Shown here piece after piece: positions 1 to 12,126 of a stretch of DNA of 64,000 nucleotides. The notes beneath the pieces were generated by a model. That model ran no database searches, was not told where the DNA came from, and worked only from the letters and a program-made list of their open reading frames with translations. Source of the stretch: Octopus sinensis (Eukaryota); NCBI RefSeq assembly GCF_006345805.1, contig NC_043004.1, positions 30,008,001 through 30,072,000 of the forward strand, given 5' to 3'. Position numbers and translations under genes: made by a program. How positions within the stretch are numbered: position 1 is the first letter of the stretch; every line of letters starts with the position of its first letter.

Positions 1-119
1 ATAATTATATATATATATATATATACACATATACATATACATAAATTATATATATATTTACTTTGATATTTCCATTTGTGATACTTAATGTAATTAATAT
101 TTTTAACAAGAGAAAAAAA

Positions 120-1330
120 CTCATTATTTGATTATCACAGTTTATGTGAAGATCTTTTCATAATCTTAAGGAAGGTACTTTAATCATCAGAAAGTAAAAT
201 CATTCTTAGTAAATTATTATTAGCATATAAAACATCAATAACGAAAATGAATTAAGATACACATTGAAATCATTTTTATCAAGCAAAAAAGAATAGTGAA
301 GAACTCTTTTGATGTCACAATGGGAAGCTATGACAGTGCAGTTGTGTATCTAGTTAGGATTTTTTATCCTATGTATAATCCAAGCAATAAAGGAAAGGAG
401 GCCAATATAATATAAAGGTGGTATATAATAAAATGGATAGTATTAGGAAATAACTGGGAATATTAACACAACTTTGATCTAAGAATCACTGGCAAAACCA
501 ATTTTAAAGCATTCAAGTAGTTTGACATTAATATAGACCTTAGTACAGATAAATATTATCCCTGCCATAAACTAAATGAAAAAACCATGAACATAAATAG
601 ACACTCAAATCTCCCACCATCTATTATAGAACAAATTACCAAAAATACAAGTAGACGCATTTCAGGCATATCTTCAGATGAACCCACTTACAATAAAGCT
701 GTTGTAGACTATATAAAACAACGTACTGGTGATGTCCAACTTTAAAAAAAGATCCTGTGGTTCAATCCACCAAATGGTATGAATGTAATAACAAACACAG
801 CTAGATGTATCCTCAACCCTAGTCAACATTGACTTCACATGAACACAAACATAAATTTGAAATATTCAACAGATGTACAGTTTAACTAAGTTAAAGCTAC
901 ATTCTTAACAAGCTTACAAATCTTCAACCACAAAAAACCCCAGTTTACTCTGCACAATACTTATGCAACATCAGATCTCCATGAACACTGTCCTTGAGAA
1001 ACATCCCTGATGTACATGGCATGATAAAAAATTGTATTTGACTTACAGGGAACATCTTTAAGAAAATATTCACACAATATTCATTCAGAGTTAGAAGCAA
1101 ATGTAATATGATAACATTATCCAAACCTGTATAGATCCTAAAGGACTGCTGAGTAGTTAATCCATTCATAAACTGGAGTATTGTTGCTAAAACCAATCAA
1201 TATAATGGATAAGGCAGCAGGTGTAATCTCTGCATTACAGAGAAGCTAAAGGCTTTGACCTTATCAGCAAATGCAATCAATATATGGTAAGAAACATTTT
1301 CTCCTTGCATAAACAGAATCCATTTCAAAT
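120..1330 (+). mobile_element. Degenerate Penelope-like retroelement (RT + GIY-YIG endonuclease relic)
   Basis: Manual translation across stops and frameshifts gives FDVTMGSYD (~308-335), DINIDLSTDKYYPCHKLNEKTMNINRHSNLPPSIIEQITKNTSRRISGISSDE (~525-680), KKILWFNPP (~745-775), LTGNIFKK...TLSKPV (~1040-1130) and CNLCITEKL...DLISKCN (~1222-1280). These motifs occur in the order expected for a Penelope-like RT followed by GIY-YIG. Confidence 0.8.
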
Positions 1331-3369
1331 TACAAAGTTTTATACACATCCCCAACCATCAAACTATAAACGCAACCTGATTGTTCTGGCTCTTTTCACA
1401 CCTCGTACTCCATTTTCTAAGTTCCTCAACTCTACAACACTCCACAAACACAACATCTATTTAGTTTATAAATACTTAAACCCTGTAAAACCCTACACCT
1501 CCCAAACTGATTACATCCATCATCTAAAAACTTAATATCAACCTTTAACAATACAACAGCAAATATACACCAACAGATCAAATCTCCAACAACTAAACCC
1601 TCCTCCTGCATTCACAAAACACCTTCCCAAGAATGAATGAAAGCATTTTGCATCATTTTCAGAATATAATATAAATTGAACGCACACCAATATTTACATA
1701 TAAAATTTGTGAATATATATTTATAATAACAATGGGCAAAGAATAAGACATGGATGCAAAACAAGAATGCCTCTCTCTCAACCTGTACCCATTATTCATA
1801 CATCTGCTATGCAACATAAGGTACTGTATACTCTGTTCCCAATTATCTATCAACCATATTGCAGTGACACTGAGATAGTCTAGTGATGGTACTATACACT
1901 CAATATTCAGTCACACCATATACACAATGGTTGATAAGAAATAGGAATGATTACCTATGAGGTAGACATATTGGAGACACTTGATACAATATACGTACAA
2001 ATTGCATGAAAACACAAGCGCATGATCATGTATACGCATACCTATAACCAAGAAAAACCACAAGGGAAACAACTAATACTATAGTCTCTGAATGATTACT
2101 CCCCTTTAAATATATTTTCTCTTTGGTCACCAGTTCATGATTTCTGACAGTTCATATAATCTGTAAACTTACAAAATCTCATACCATACTTCCACCATTT
2201 AAATGGCAGAGTTGTCACCCATTAACCAAACTCTGATTAAATAACTGCAATTATAGTCATGTGAAACCTATGGTATCAGACTACTGACTTCCTATCAGCA
2301 CACACAAACACACACAACTGCTACCACCACCACCACCACCACCACCAGGTTATGCAGCTAAAGCATATCACCTTATTTTCTCTCATTTACTGATAAAAAC
2401 TTTAGTGAACACAAGAAAACTTGGTACAAAAGCAATACAGATAAAACAAGAAGTAACATCTGGAAAAGTTTATTTCTCACTATGTCAACTACAACTCCTC
2501 TACAAACACTTTTTGCTCAATACACTAACTCATCACTACCATATGTCAACTTCCATCCTCCCTAATTATCCTTGAACTGTCTATGTATCACCATTCTGAA
2601 ACACATCAATGAACAAAATAAAAATACTTTTGAAAATTCAAAAATACCCAAAGGAACCAATTCCACCCAGAAACAAAATCAAGATACACCACATAATTCA
2701 ACAACATCACAGTTACAAATATAGAGACTGTTAAATATATTCAACAACACCACAGTCACCAACACTGACACCACGTACATACAATCAACAAAATAATTAT
2801 AGACAAAAATATTCCAAAAAGTAATGTAAAAAATACAACCTGAATTACACAACAGAAATAGCCAGTCTGATAAAAACCAAAGAAAGCATAAACATAACAC
2901 ACCAACACCAATACCAACATCAAACACACACAAGACAGAAGTAAAAAGAATCTGTATCAAATAATTGAACAAATAAGAGCTAACCTGGAGTGATGCAACA
3001 ACTACTTCATAGAGATGTATGTTGAGATAAAGATCCACAACAGAGAACAGGAGACTGTTAAACAACTGTTGGTGGTGACAAAAGTCTAGAGAGTGGTGGA
3101 GACAACATACAGATGTGAAGAACAGGGAAGACTGTGAATTAGAGTAACTAGAAATCTTTGTTGTTCATATTCAGGTGAAAGAGATGCGTGGCAAGAGTAA
3201 ACTCAGACATACACATACTCTATAGCAAAGATACTGGAAGACAAAGAGTTGTCAGGACTGCAGAGATATGGGGTGAAATAGTAAAAGGATGTGCATAGGA
3301 TGAAAGTTAGACTAGAATCTACACACATTGGAGTAGAAAGAAGTTCCATTTTCTCTGTACACTATTCCT

Positions 3370-4440
3370 GAGAGGGCCATGGAAAGAGAATCCTCAGGTA
3401 CCTTCTTCACAGGATTCTATTAGAAGCAACCAGCATTAGACTTTCTGGTTGAATTCCCAAGTGCAACCAACTGAGACTATGGATATTATCCAACCATCTT
3501 ACTCTTGGTTTACTCCATGGTCTCCCACCAGTTGGTTCAGCTTGAAAAATCTCTCTTGTGATTCTTTCCTATGACATTTTAATCAAATGTCCACAGTAAA
3601 GGAGCTATGACCTTTCAATTACAGAGAGTACAAACTTGATCTGGAGAGATTCCAGATCTCAAGCTATGCACTCTGTTGAGTAATGTTACTCCAGAGACCC
3701 TTTGGAGGAATCCCATTTTGACACTCAGTTATTACCCAACATTTATGACCATAGGCGAGGATAGGCATGAAAACCAAATCAAAGATAGCAAATTTGGGTT
3801 TTTTCTTTTTCCAACCTCTTCTCTTCTGAGGATCAAATGCTAGAACTGAGTGATTTTCAAATAATTTGTCACACTTCTACTATAATTACTGTTGAGATTG
3901 ATTTGGTTATTGGAAGCAAGATCAATGAAAGATAAGTTTCATGACTTGTGTTCAACACCTGTATTTATCTTTGCAGCAGACTAGCTGGAGCTCAGTAGCC
4001 TTGATGGGCCTCTCAGATACTTGTACTCTGAGGAGGGGTATCAGATAAGAACACCCAAGGCCAGTACTAGGAAGTGCAGGGCTCAATTAGAGAATTGTCA
4101 GTGGAGCCCTCTGCTATACAAAAGCTGAAGATTGATGTTTTATACTTTATATAGTATGCCAGTCCCAGCTAAAAAGTGTTGAAAGCTTGAAGCTCCATCA
4201 TTAGCCACAATAATATATTAAAACTTCATAGCATCCTCTGTTTGAGTATTTGGATGGGGGCCCTCTCTTGGCATGAGGCCCAATTTGATCAAATCTAATT
4301 GGCTTAAAACCAGCCCTGAGAACACCTGTGCCAATGAGACAAGCTTTCTCAACATGGTCACTCAGCCTGCTAAAGCTTCTCAAATCACACCCTACTATCT
4401 TAATATAGTCCTACATACTTCAAAAAGATAAGATGGTCAT
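3370..4440 (-). mobile_element. RTE-clade LINE 3' part (Rex3/Expander-like), degenerate
   Basis: The minus strand gives KFAIFDLVFMPILAYGHKCWV...MGFLQRVSGVTLLNRVHS and a GRPWSKPRVRWLDNI...WLHLGIQPESL...LWRRYLRIL-type C-terminus typical of Rex3/Expander RTE ORFs. Many stops. Confidence 0.7.
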
Positions 4441-5443
4441 GGCAGGAATATTTTTGAGCATAAGTTGCTCAATCACAGATAGTGTTAAACAACAACGACA
4501 AGAACAAGAGCACACACAAATATAGCCACAGACAGTGTAAAAAGATTCCATGATTATACTTTAATGTTGCTGTGATGCTTACCAAGGAAGGGACAAATCC
4601 ATAGTTGTTAGACATCTGCTTGAAGCTGAATTAATATTTTACAGTCTAAAATGGCAAACCCCTATAACAGAAGGAGTAAACTGAGTTTTAATTGCTGGCC
4701 ACTTGTGCCATTAATACCCTTGGGAAAGGCTTGCACATCACAACATCATATTTTCACACCTCTAAAATTAGTGAAAAAAAAAAGCAATAGTTAAAATGAA
4801 TGATTAATGATAATAATTTCACCAATTCTACCACAAGCATATAATTTCCACCAGGAACTTATACCACTCATTGTAATCATCATCATCATCATCATCATCA
4901 TCAACAACAACAACACCACTGTACATCCACTTCTTTGTTTTTATTGGGAAGTTGGATAAGTTCAAGATTTCAGCAGATACCTAAGCAACTTATTCCTGTT
5001 TATAATTTTATATCCGTCATTTGAAAAACAGGTAAGGTTTAGTGACAGGAAGAGCATCCATCTGGCTGTAAAACAATGCCTTAATAAAATATTCATCTAA
5101 TATGGAAAAATGAATGCAAACATGAAACAATCACAATTTTGTAAACAGTAGTGTCATCCTTAGTTAGAGCTTTCCATCATGATGCTGACAACAAAGAGAG
5201 ATGAGTCTGAACAGATGCAAAACATTTTGTTTGTGAACCACCATTTGCAGGTGGGGAATTCCTTATATGAGATTTTTGTATCTTCTGCTGATATAAACTA
5301 GCAAAGACACACATACTTACACATAAATACGTATGATGAATTTCCACACTGTTTTTGCTTCTACTAATTGGCCAATGTGCTTATGAAGCAAACTTCTTTA
5401 CCACAATACCTACATTTATTTCTCATTGTTTTGGCCTTACCCA

Positions 5444-5477
<34 letters not shown>

Positions 5478-5707
5478 TTTTTTGTGTAATGAGATAAAAA
5501 AACCAAGGCGGTATAGATATTAGAGCATTTATAGATAGAAGGTCTTGATATAGAACCAACGTTGAACCTCTTTATTCACAATATTACCGAATCTGGAACG
5601 TAACTATGGTCTGTCTATAGTACTTATTCAGCATTACCTAACACCTTTGGGTCTCAATGACCCCATTATCTCTTATATATGTATATATATATATATAAAT
5701 ATATATA

Positions 5708-5904
5708 CAGTAATCCCTTGCCAAATAGTGGTTCACCTATTGCGGTTTATTATTCCTCCCTGGTGTTGTCTTGCATTTATAATAAAATAAATATTTACAA
5801 ATTATGAAAATAATTAAAAAAATATACAGTACAGTACTTCATGGATTTTCACCTATCGCAGGGGGGTTTGGAACGCAACACCCGTGACAGTTGAGGGATT
5901 ACAG
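5708..5904. mobile_element. Tc1/mariner-superfamily (pogo/Tigger-like) MITE
   Basis: Starts CAGTAATCCCT after TA and ends GAGGGATTACAG (reverse complement CTGTAATCCCTC), an imperfect TIR pair. About 200 bp, non-coding. Confidence 0.5.
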
Positions 5905-5934
5905 AGTGTGTATGTGTATATATATATATATATA

Positions 5935-6606
5935 AAACAACTCTCTTATTCTTTCTTTCAGCCCCGGCACACTTACTTCATTCTTTCCACTCTTCTTTCT
6001 TTCGCTCCCCCTCTCTCACATTTCTTGGCCTTCCCTTCCTTCTCACCTTCCCTCCTCTTTCACTTCACTCTGTCTCTTTTCTTTTTCTCGTCCCTCCCTA
6101 GTTCTTCTTTCCCTCTGCCTCTACCTGTCTCCTCTCCGTCCATGTGACTGGTGTTCAGCCAAGCCTGACCTTTCTTTCTTGGTTCAACTACCATCTGTGC
6201 AACATCTATATTCCTCCCTGTGCCTGTCATTTCTGATGTCCCTGCTGTAAGGCTTTACTTCCACACACGCCAGCTTAATTTAATTCATCCTTAATTGAAA
6301 GACACCTATTGTTTGCATTTGTATTTGTGTACCATTTCTCTGTCCCCCCCCCCTGTCTTTGTTTTCGTATACATTTGCTGCTTTCTTCCAAGGAATCAAG
6401 TGCTTTTAAGTTAGATTTTTCTTGGGGCTGGCCAAATTGGAGCAGTCTCGAGTATAACCAGCTGAAACTGCAAAGATGATCTGGAACTCGACTGAGGATA
6501 GAAAACTCCGAATGACCTGTCCTTGTTTTTTCTTGTCCCCTTTTTGTATCATCAGTCTGGATGTTTTGTTGTCACCTGTTGCGTTTCTTGTCCCATTTTT
6601 AAATAT

Positions 6607-6610
<4 letters not shown>
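5935..6610 (+). repeat. Pyrimidine-rich dispersed repeat; its 3' motif is shared with 46165-46260
   Basis: CT-rich tract followed by agctgaaactgcaaagatgat...gactgaggat...cgaatgacctgtc. A similar string, agctgaaatttgctatgatgat...gactgaagat...cgaatgatttgtc, occurs at about 46165-46225. Confidence 0.4.
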
Positions 6611-6665
<55 letters not shown>

Positions 6666-7108
6666 TATATATATATATATATAATATAGATATATATTAT
6701 AATATATAATATATATAGAAGGTGCTTACCAGAAGTTCTGAGACGTTATCAGGAGAGGTGTTGGCATTCATGGACCTTCATGCCAAAAGTCAGACAATCC
6801 ACGATTTTTCTTGGGAAAGATGCAACAGTAGTTTTCAGTTGTCCCCTTGCTGATTTCTTTACAGTTTACTTTGCTTCTCTCCCACTCTCTCCTGAGCTTA
6901 TCCTTTACATACAGAGGGTCCTACTTTGAAGGAAACATGGTACAAGAAGAATTTGTGTGTGTGTGTGTGTGTCCAGTTTTGCCAGTGCATTGCTCCATCC
7001 AATATTGGAGTCCTAATACTAGTTAACAAAGCCCTAAAAACTAAATTCTTGCTATGAGAAGGTCAGTATTGGAGTGAAATTTGAACTGAGAATACAGGTG
7101 ACCAGCAC

Positions 7109-7156
7109 TTTCCCACTGATGAAGTCCAATAGACTGAAATCATATGATATGGGGAA
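7109..7156 (+). ncRNA. Minimal type I hammerhead ribozyme, copy A
   Basis: Stem I 5' ttccca; core CTGATGA (7116-7122); stem II agtc/caata/gact; GAAA (7136-7139); palindromic helix III atcatatgat (7139-7148); H17 = A7149 (AUA triplet); stem I 3' tggggaa. Confidence 0.8.
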
Positions 7157-7344
7157 TTCTGGTGCCCATGATAGAGTACAGAAGAATTTGTGTGTGTGTG
7201 GTGTGTCCAGTTTTGCCAGTGCATTGCTCCATCCAATATTGGAGTCCTAATACTAGTTAACAAAGCCCTAAAAACTAATTTCTTGCTATGAGAAGGTCAG
7301 TAATTGGAGGTGAAATTTGAACTGAGAATACAGGTGACCAGCAC

Positions 7345-7391
7345 TTCCCACTGATGAAGTCCAATAGACTGAAATCATATGATATGGGGAA
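7345..7391 (+). ncRNA. Minimal type I hammerhead ribozyme, copy B
   Basis: Same motif as copy A, 235 nt downstream: CTGATGA 7351-7357, GAAA 7371-7374, palindrome 7374-7383, predicted cleavage after 7384. Confidence 0.8.
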
Positions 7392-7679
7392 TTCTGGTGC
7401 CCATGATAGATGATTCTTATCTGCTACGATCTGTGTAGGTGCTTTTATGTGCCAAGTGCCTATATGAGAGGACCTTTCAATGTTAATAAGGCAATATTCA
7501 GTGTTCTAACAAGGCATCCCTGTTAAGTTGGATATAAGCATTACCTTTTGATATTAATACTGCTTCCATCAGAATTAATTTTTTTAACAAGTCTGCTGGC
7601 TATTAGTCACATCAGTGCCTGAAAAGTTACTGGTATTCTATATATGATGGCAGTTTGACTGGCAAGTGGTGACCCACAC

Positions 7680-7725
7680 TTCCCACTGATGAGGTCCAGC
7701 AGAATGAAATGTGTTACGAGAATTC
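7680..7725 (+). ncRNA. Degenerate hammerhead ribozyme, copy C
   Basis: ttccca CTGATGA (7686-7692) ggtc cagca gaat GAAA tgtgtt acgagaattcc. The core is retained; stem II, helix III and the stem I 3' strand are damaged. Confidence 0.55.
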
Positions 7726-9279
7726 CGGAGCCCATGACAGATGATCTGCTATGATCTATGTGAGTGCTTCTATGCACCAAGCACCTATATGAGAAGATTT
7801 CGCAAGGCTATTAATTCAGTATTCAGTGTTCTAACAAGACATCCATGTTAAGTTGGATAAAAAAATTACTTTAGAATGTTGACTTGAATGCCATGTGGTA
7901 TTTGTGTCAGTTCCCTGTGGTCTGATTTCAAATCCAGCTCAGGTCAACATTACCTTTCATTCTTTCAGGGCCAGTAAAGAAAGTACCACACAGATTGGTG
8001 GACTGGTGGAGTTGTAAGATGAAGATACCTTGTGGTATTTGTCCCAGGTCTTTGTGGTTTGAGTTCAAATTCCACTGAGGTTAACTTCACCATTCCTGGA
8101 ACAAGGACTGTAGGAAATAACCTCATCTAACATTCTAACATAACTGCTACCCACTACCTTGCTCTGGTACTTTATATATCAACCCTGAAAGGATCAAAAG
8201 CAAAGTTGAATTCAGAAGGATTTGAACTCAGAATGCAGATAGCTGGAACAAAAATCACAAAGTATTCAAGCCAATACTCTAACAAATCTACCAATCCCCT
8301 GCTTTTAATTAGCTAACAAAATTAAAAAGAAAATAACTTCAATGTTAGTAACAATAACATTTCTAACTAATAAAGTTAAAGAAAAACTAACTCAACTCTT
8401 TAACTTGATGCAAACAAAACAAAGAACAAAACTATTTTAACAGATGTGTTTTTATATGTTAATGTTTAACCCTAGATCAATCCTGACTGAGTAGGTTGAT
8501 GATCAAAACATGTTCCATACATGATCATGATCCTTTTCTTCTTTATATATAAAAACAGTACAGTGTGGTTTGAGGAAACTTGGCTGCTATTTCTAGCTGA
8601 TGGAGGCTCTGTTGTTGGTATAAGAAGTAAACACTGGAGTTATTTAGATTACCTGATGATGAAGATATAGTTGTTTACTTGATCAAAACTATTTTGCCAG
8701 AATATTCTCTCTGAGAGTAAGAAGGAAATCTCTACTAGGATGGATATAAAATGATGGTACTTACAACAGAAGGAGGATAACATTGCTGTAAAGTTTCCAT
8801 CGAACCAGTATTTCCAAAGAGTGGCATTTGAGAGGCAACAGGAAGTGCAAGAAAAGTGGCAAAAAGCCCAAACATGAAAGTGTGGGGTTTGTGGGGTGAG
8901 GTGGGAGTAGTCCTTAGCAACTGTCAGGGAATCACTGGGTCAGCTGATGTAGTAGTTACTTGTATGAGGAATAGCTCTTTTGCAACAGAACAGAACATGA
9001 TATATACATCAGTAGGAAATATACTCTAACAGTGAAACTAGCAAACTTCATATTAATACAAACTATCCCCCATTCTTTATTTGGAATGCAGGAGTGTTAG
9101 GGGTAGGGCTTCTTTATTTGGTTGACCCGCTCTTTTATTATTGTTATTCTCTCATCAATTCTGATAAATACTACTCCAACATTATGCTGCCACTGTAGCA
9201 TCTATGTGGTGGTTCACCCTGTTTAGAATCAGCAGCTAAGTCTCTCTTAAGAGGTCTGGCTGCTATGCCTACTAACTCG

Positions 9280-9470
9280 AGCAACTGGTACAAAAGTAGT
9301 GTAAGTGAAGTATGCAGCATAGAATCCTAATGTCTATATTTCATCAATCATTATCTGCAAGAGTTCAGTAGATTGAATAATATAAGGTAGTGATAGACAA
9401 GGAGCAGTTGGGTTAGTAACAATATTGGTATTGAAGGTAACTGGCATTAGAAATATGTGATTAATAACTT
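9280..9470. repeat. Unclassified dispersed repeat, copy 1 (copy 2 at ~11190-11370)
   Basis: gcaac..gtacaaaagtagtgt.agtgaagta.gcag...agaatccta.tgtctatat.tcatcaatca...gaaggtaactggcatta.aaatatgtgattaat is present at both positions. Confidence 0.75.
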
Positions 9471-10039
9471 TAATTAAGCACACACACACATACATATATA
9501 TTGTAAATCTGTGCTTACTTCACTGGATTATGAATATTTTCAGGAAAGTAAATCTAATACAATTAAAAAGAATACAAAGACTGATACATCTTAAAAAATG
9601 TTTCTTTTAATTTAACACTTAATTATACAGCATAATTAATTATTGTGTATAATTAACTACTATATTAAAAGAAAAATTTCTAGATGCACCAGTCTCCATA
9701 TATTCATAATACAGTGAAGCAAACCCAGATTTACTCATCAGAAGAATTACAGTGGGATTGCTCACTCTAAGAGATCCTTGATGCTTTAACCAGAACCTAG
9801 AATATACCTGTGAGTTATTAAAGCACCTGCCTGGATAATTTATCCCGATATACTCATTGTGTGCATGTGCACACATATATATATATATATATGCACATGA
9901 GTATATATCATGATCATGTGACTGACCAGACTATCAGATGTTGTTACACATCGCTGGTCACAATGGGCTTTGCATTGTTTTAACCCTAGAATGACACCAC
10001 CCTGCTGGCTAGTTGAGCAGGTCAACACACTTCCTTGAT

Positions 10040-10738
10040 TGAAAAGGGACTAGAGCAATGTGAAATGAAGTGTTTCTGTGAAATTCTGTTTTCTGCTGGG
10101 GAAAACCGCAGTTGAAACAAATGTCATGCTTCAAGCAGCTTACAAGGATGCTGCTGTGAGCAAAATACAAGTTTATGAGTGGTTTTCATGCTTTAGAAAT
10201 GGTCACTTGTCGCTTGAGGACCAACCCTGTTGAGGGCAACTGTCAACCTCCCGAACGAATGAAACATCATGAAAATTCATGAACTGATCTTGGATGATAA
10301 TCACTGAACAAGTGACGAATTTGTTGATATGACTGGGATGCTCTGGAGCTCCAGTCAACAAATTTTGAGCAAGGAATTACAAATGAAAAGTGTTGCAGCA
10401 AAATTTGTCCAATCATGGCTGAATGCGTGTTGTGCACTGAAAAAAAAAAAAACCAGTTGGAAATTGATCCAGACCTTTTTTCAAAGATCATCACCAGTGA
10501 CGAAAGCTGGTGCTACAGAATTTGCAGATGTGGAAGAAGTGAAGAAAAATACAATAGAGGTGTTAAAAGGCATCACTTCGCAAGAGTTTCAGCACTGTTT
10601 CCAACAGTGGAAAATGCATCTGGACCATTGCATTGCTTCAAACGGAGAATACTTTGAAGGTGATAAAAGTGTAAACATGTAAAACTAAGTGGATAAAGTT
10701 GTATTGCAAAATTCTGGTTTCTTTTGCATACCTCCTCG

Positions 10739-10740
<2 letters not shown>
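10040..10740 (+). mobile_element. Mariner (DD34D) transposon remnant, internally deleted
   Basis: VKFCFLLGKTAVETNVMLQAAYKDAAVSKIQVYEWFSCFRNGHLSLEDQP (HTH region), DPDLFSKIITSDESWCY (first catalytic D) and HCIASNGEYFEGDK (C-terminus). 3' TIR ...ttttgcatacctcctcg then TA at 10739-10740. Confidence 0.85.
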
Positions 10741-10770
<30 letters not shown>

Positions 10771-11189
10771 TATATATTAGCACCACCATTAGATGATATA
10801 TAGTACTAAATATGTCTGTAGGTTTAACATTTTATCATGAGATTAAAAAAAAATACTGGAATAAAGAGAGATAGGAGAGTGAAAGATATAAGGAGAGAGA
10901 GAGAGAGAAAGAGAGAGATCAAATAATTTTGATTGAGTAAACAATATTTTTATAGGTTAAGAGTACAGTTCAAGGAAATGTTTCCAGGAATATTACTGGT
11001 ACTTATTTTCTAGATTTGTAGTTGCTGCTCAGATCCATGTCAGCCCTGAACCAACAGACCTGTAATCATTCCAGTCATGACTACTACAGCTTTTTTAAGA
11101 CACCAATTTCTATTATCCAGTGTCCTTCCTTTACTAAAGATTGTATAGTATAATCTGGGAGAGATTTGGTTGCAATTTCTTCTAATTTG

Positions 11190-11370
11190 AGCAACCAGTA
11201 CAAAAGTAGTGTTAGTGAAGTAGGCAGTGCAGAATCCTAGTGTCTATATGTCATCAATCACTGTTCAGTAGATTGAATAATGTAAGATAGTGACTGACAA
11301 GGGACAGTTTTCTCCTGAGTTAGTAACAATGTTGGTATCGAAGGTAACTGGCATTAAAAATATGTGATTA
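11190..11370. repeat. Unclassified dispersed repeat, copy 2
   Basis: Aligns by eye with 9280-9470. Confidence 0.7.
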
Positions 11371-12126
11371 ATCTTCAGCATGTTTAGGAGCATTATATCA
11401 CCATAGAGTTTTCTCCTCCGTAGCTGCAGGCGCAATGTGTTGCATTGAGAGGGGAGAAAACTCATATGGTGACATGATGCTCCTCCAGTATGCTAAAGGT
11501 TAATAACTTTAGTAACTATATAGTACATTATGAAAGTTGAATGTTTACAACTATGAATGAATATGAACATGAACGGAGTTTGTTGGTCTCATTAGAGACA
11601 ATCTCTCTTGAGCTGGTGACATGATAAACTGGTTCTAAACTATGCTGTAAAGATGATTGGAAAGGCATCAAGTCGTAAAAACCAAGCTAATCCACAAAAA
11701 AGATGACTGTTTTCCTGTGTTATTATGTGTATCAGATGATAAAGATTGTAGGCAAATGATGAGACACTATGACAAATCCAAGCCATGCCAGCAGGTAAAA
11801 ACAAATGTGAAGTGATGATGATGATGATGATGATGATGCTGTAGGGAAATCAAAACTTCGGTCAATGATAACCAAACCTGTAAGATATATATTGAATGAT
11901 ATTTTTTATTAACATCATCTACTGCTCAATAAATTGATGTAGCTTCAACAAGTTATATCAATCATTATAAATAGTACATATGATATGAAACTTCAACATC
12001 AGGAAAATAATATATAGAAAGAATACAAACAGAAAAAGATGAATGTTATAAATACATTGAAAGAAGTGAATGGTACATTTATAGAAATGGACATAGTGTT
12101 CTGCAAGTTTTGGGATGATGCTTATA

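Larger units (their letters stand above)
6940..7410. repeat. Near-identical direct tandem duplication, unit ~235 bp (6940-7175, 7176-7410)
   Basis: Both copies run gtaca(a)gaagaatttgtgtg...cccatgataga and differ by only a few indels and substitutions. Confidence 0.92.
7330..7870 (+). repeat. Diverged ~335-bp-period tandem repeat carrying the hammerheads (retrozyme-like)
   Basis: 7335-7550 aligns by eye with 7670-7870 through shared strings ggtgacc..cacttcccactgatga, cccatga.agatgat, ctatatgaga and attcagtgttctaacaag.catcc.tgttaagttggata. The CTGATGA cores are 335 nt apart. Confidence 0.75.

Noticed and set aside
2350-3070. AC-rich stretch with a 128-aa hydrophobic minus-strand ORF
   Set aside because: Compositional bias (CA-rich plus strand) explains the Val/Leu/Phe-rich frame. 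It may be a very old TE relic, but no diagnostic motif was found.
6488-6530. CTGAGGA...CGAAT hammerhead-like string (and CTGAAGA...CGAAT at ~46195-46220)
   Set aside because: GAAA is replaced by GAAT, the apparent hairpin pairs with the core itself, and no helix III or stem I can be built. Kept only as a shared repeat motif.
8735-8920. 61-aa minus-strand ORF next to a GTAAGT donor
   Set aside because: No recognisable domain, a weak acceptor, and no open frame from the upstream candidate acceptor.
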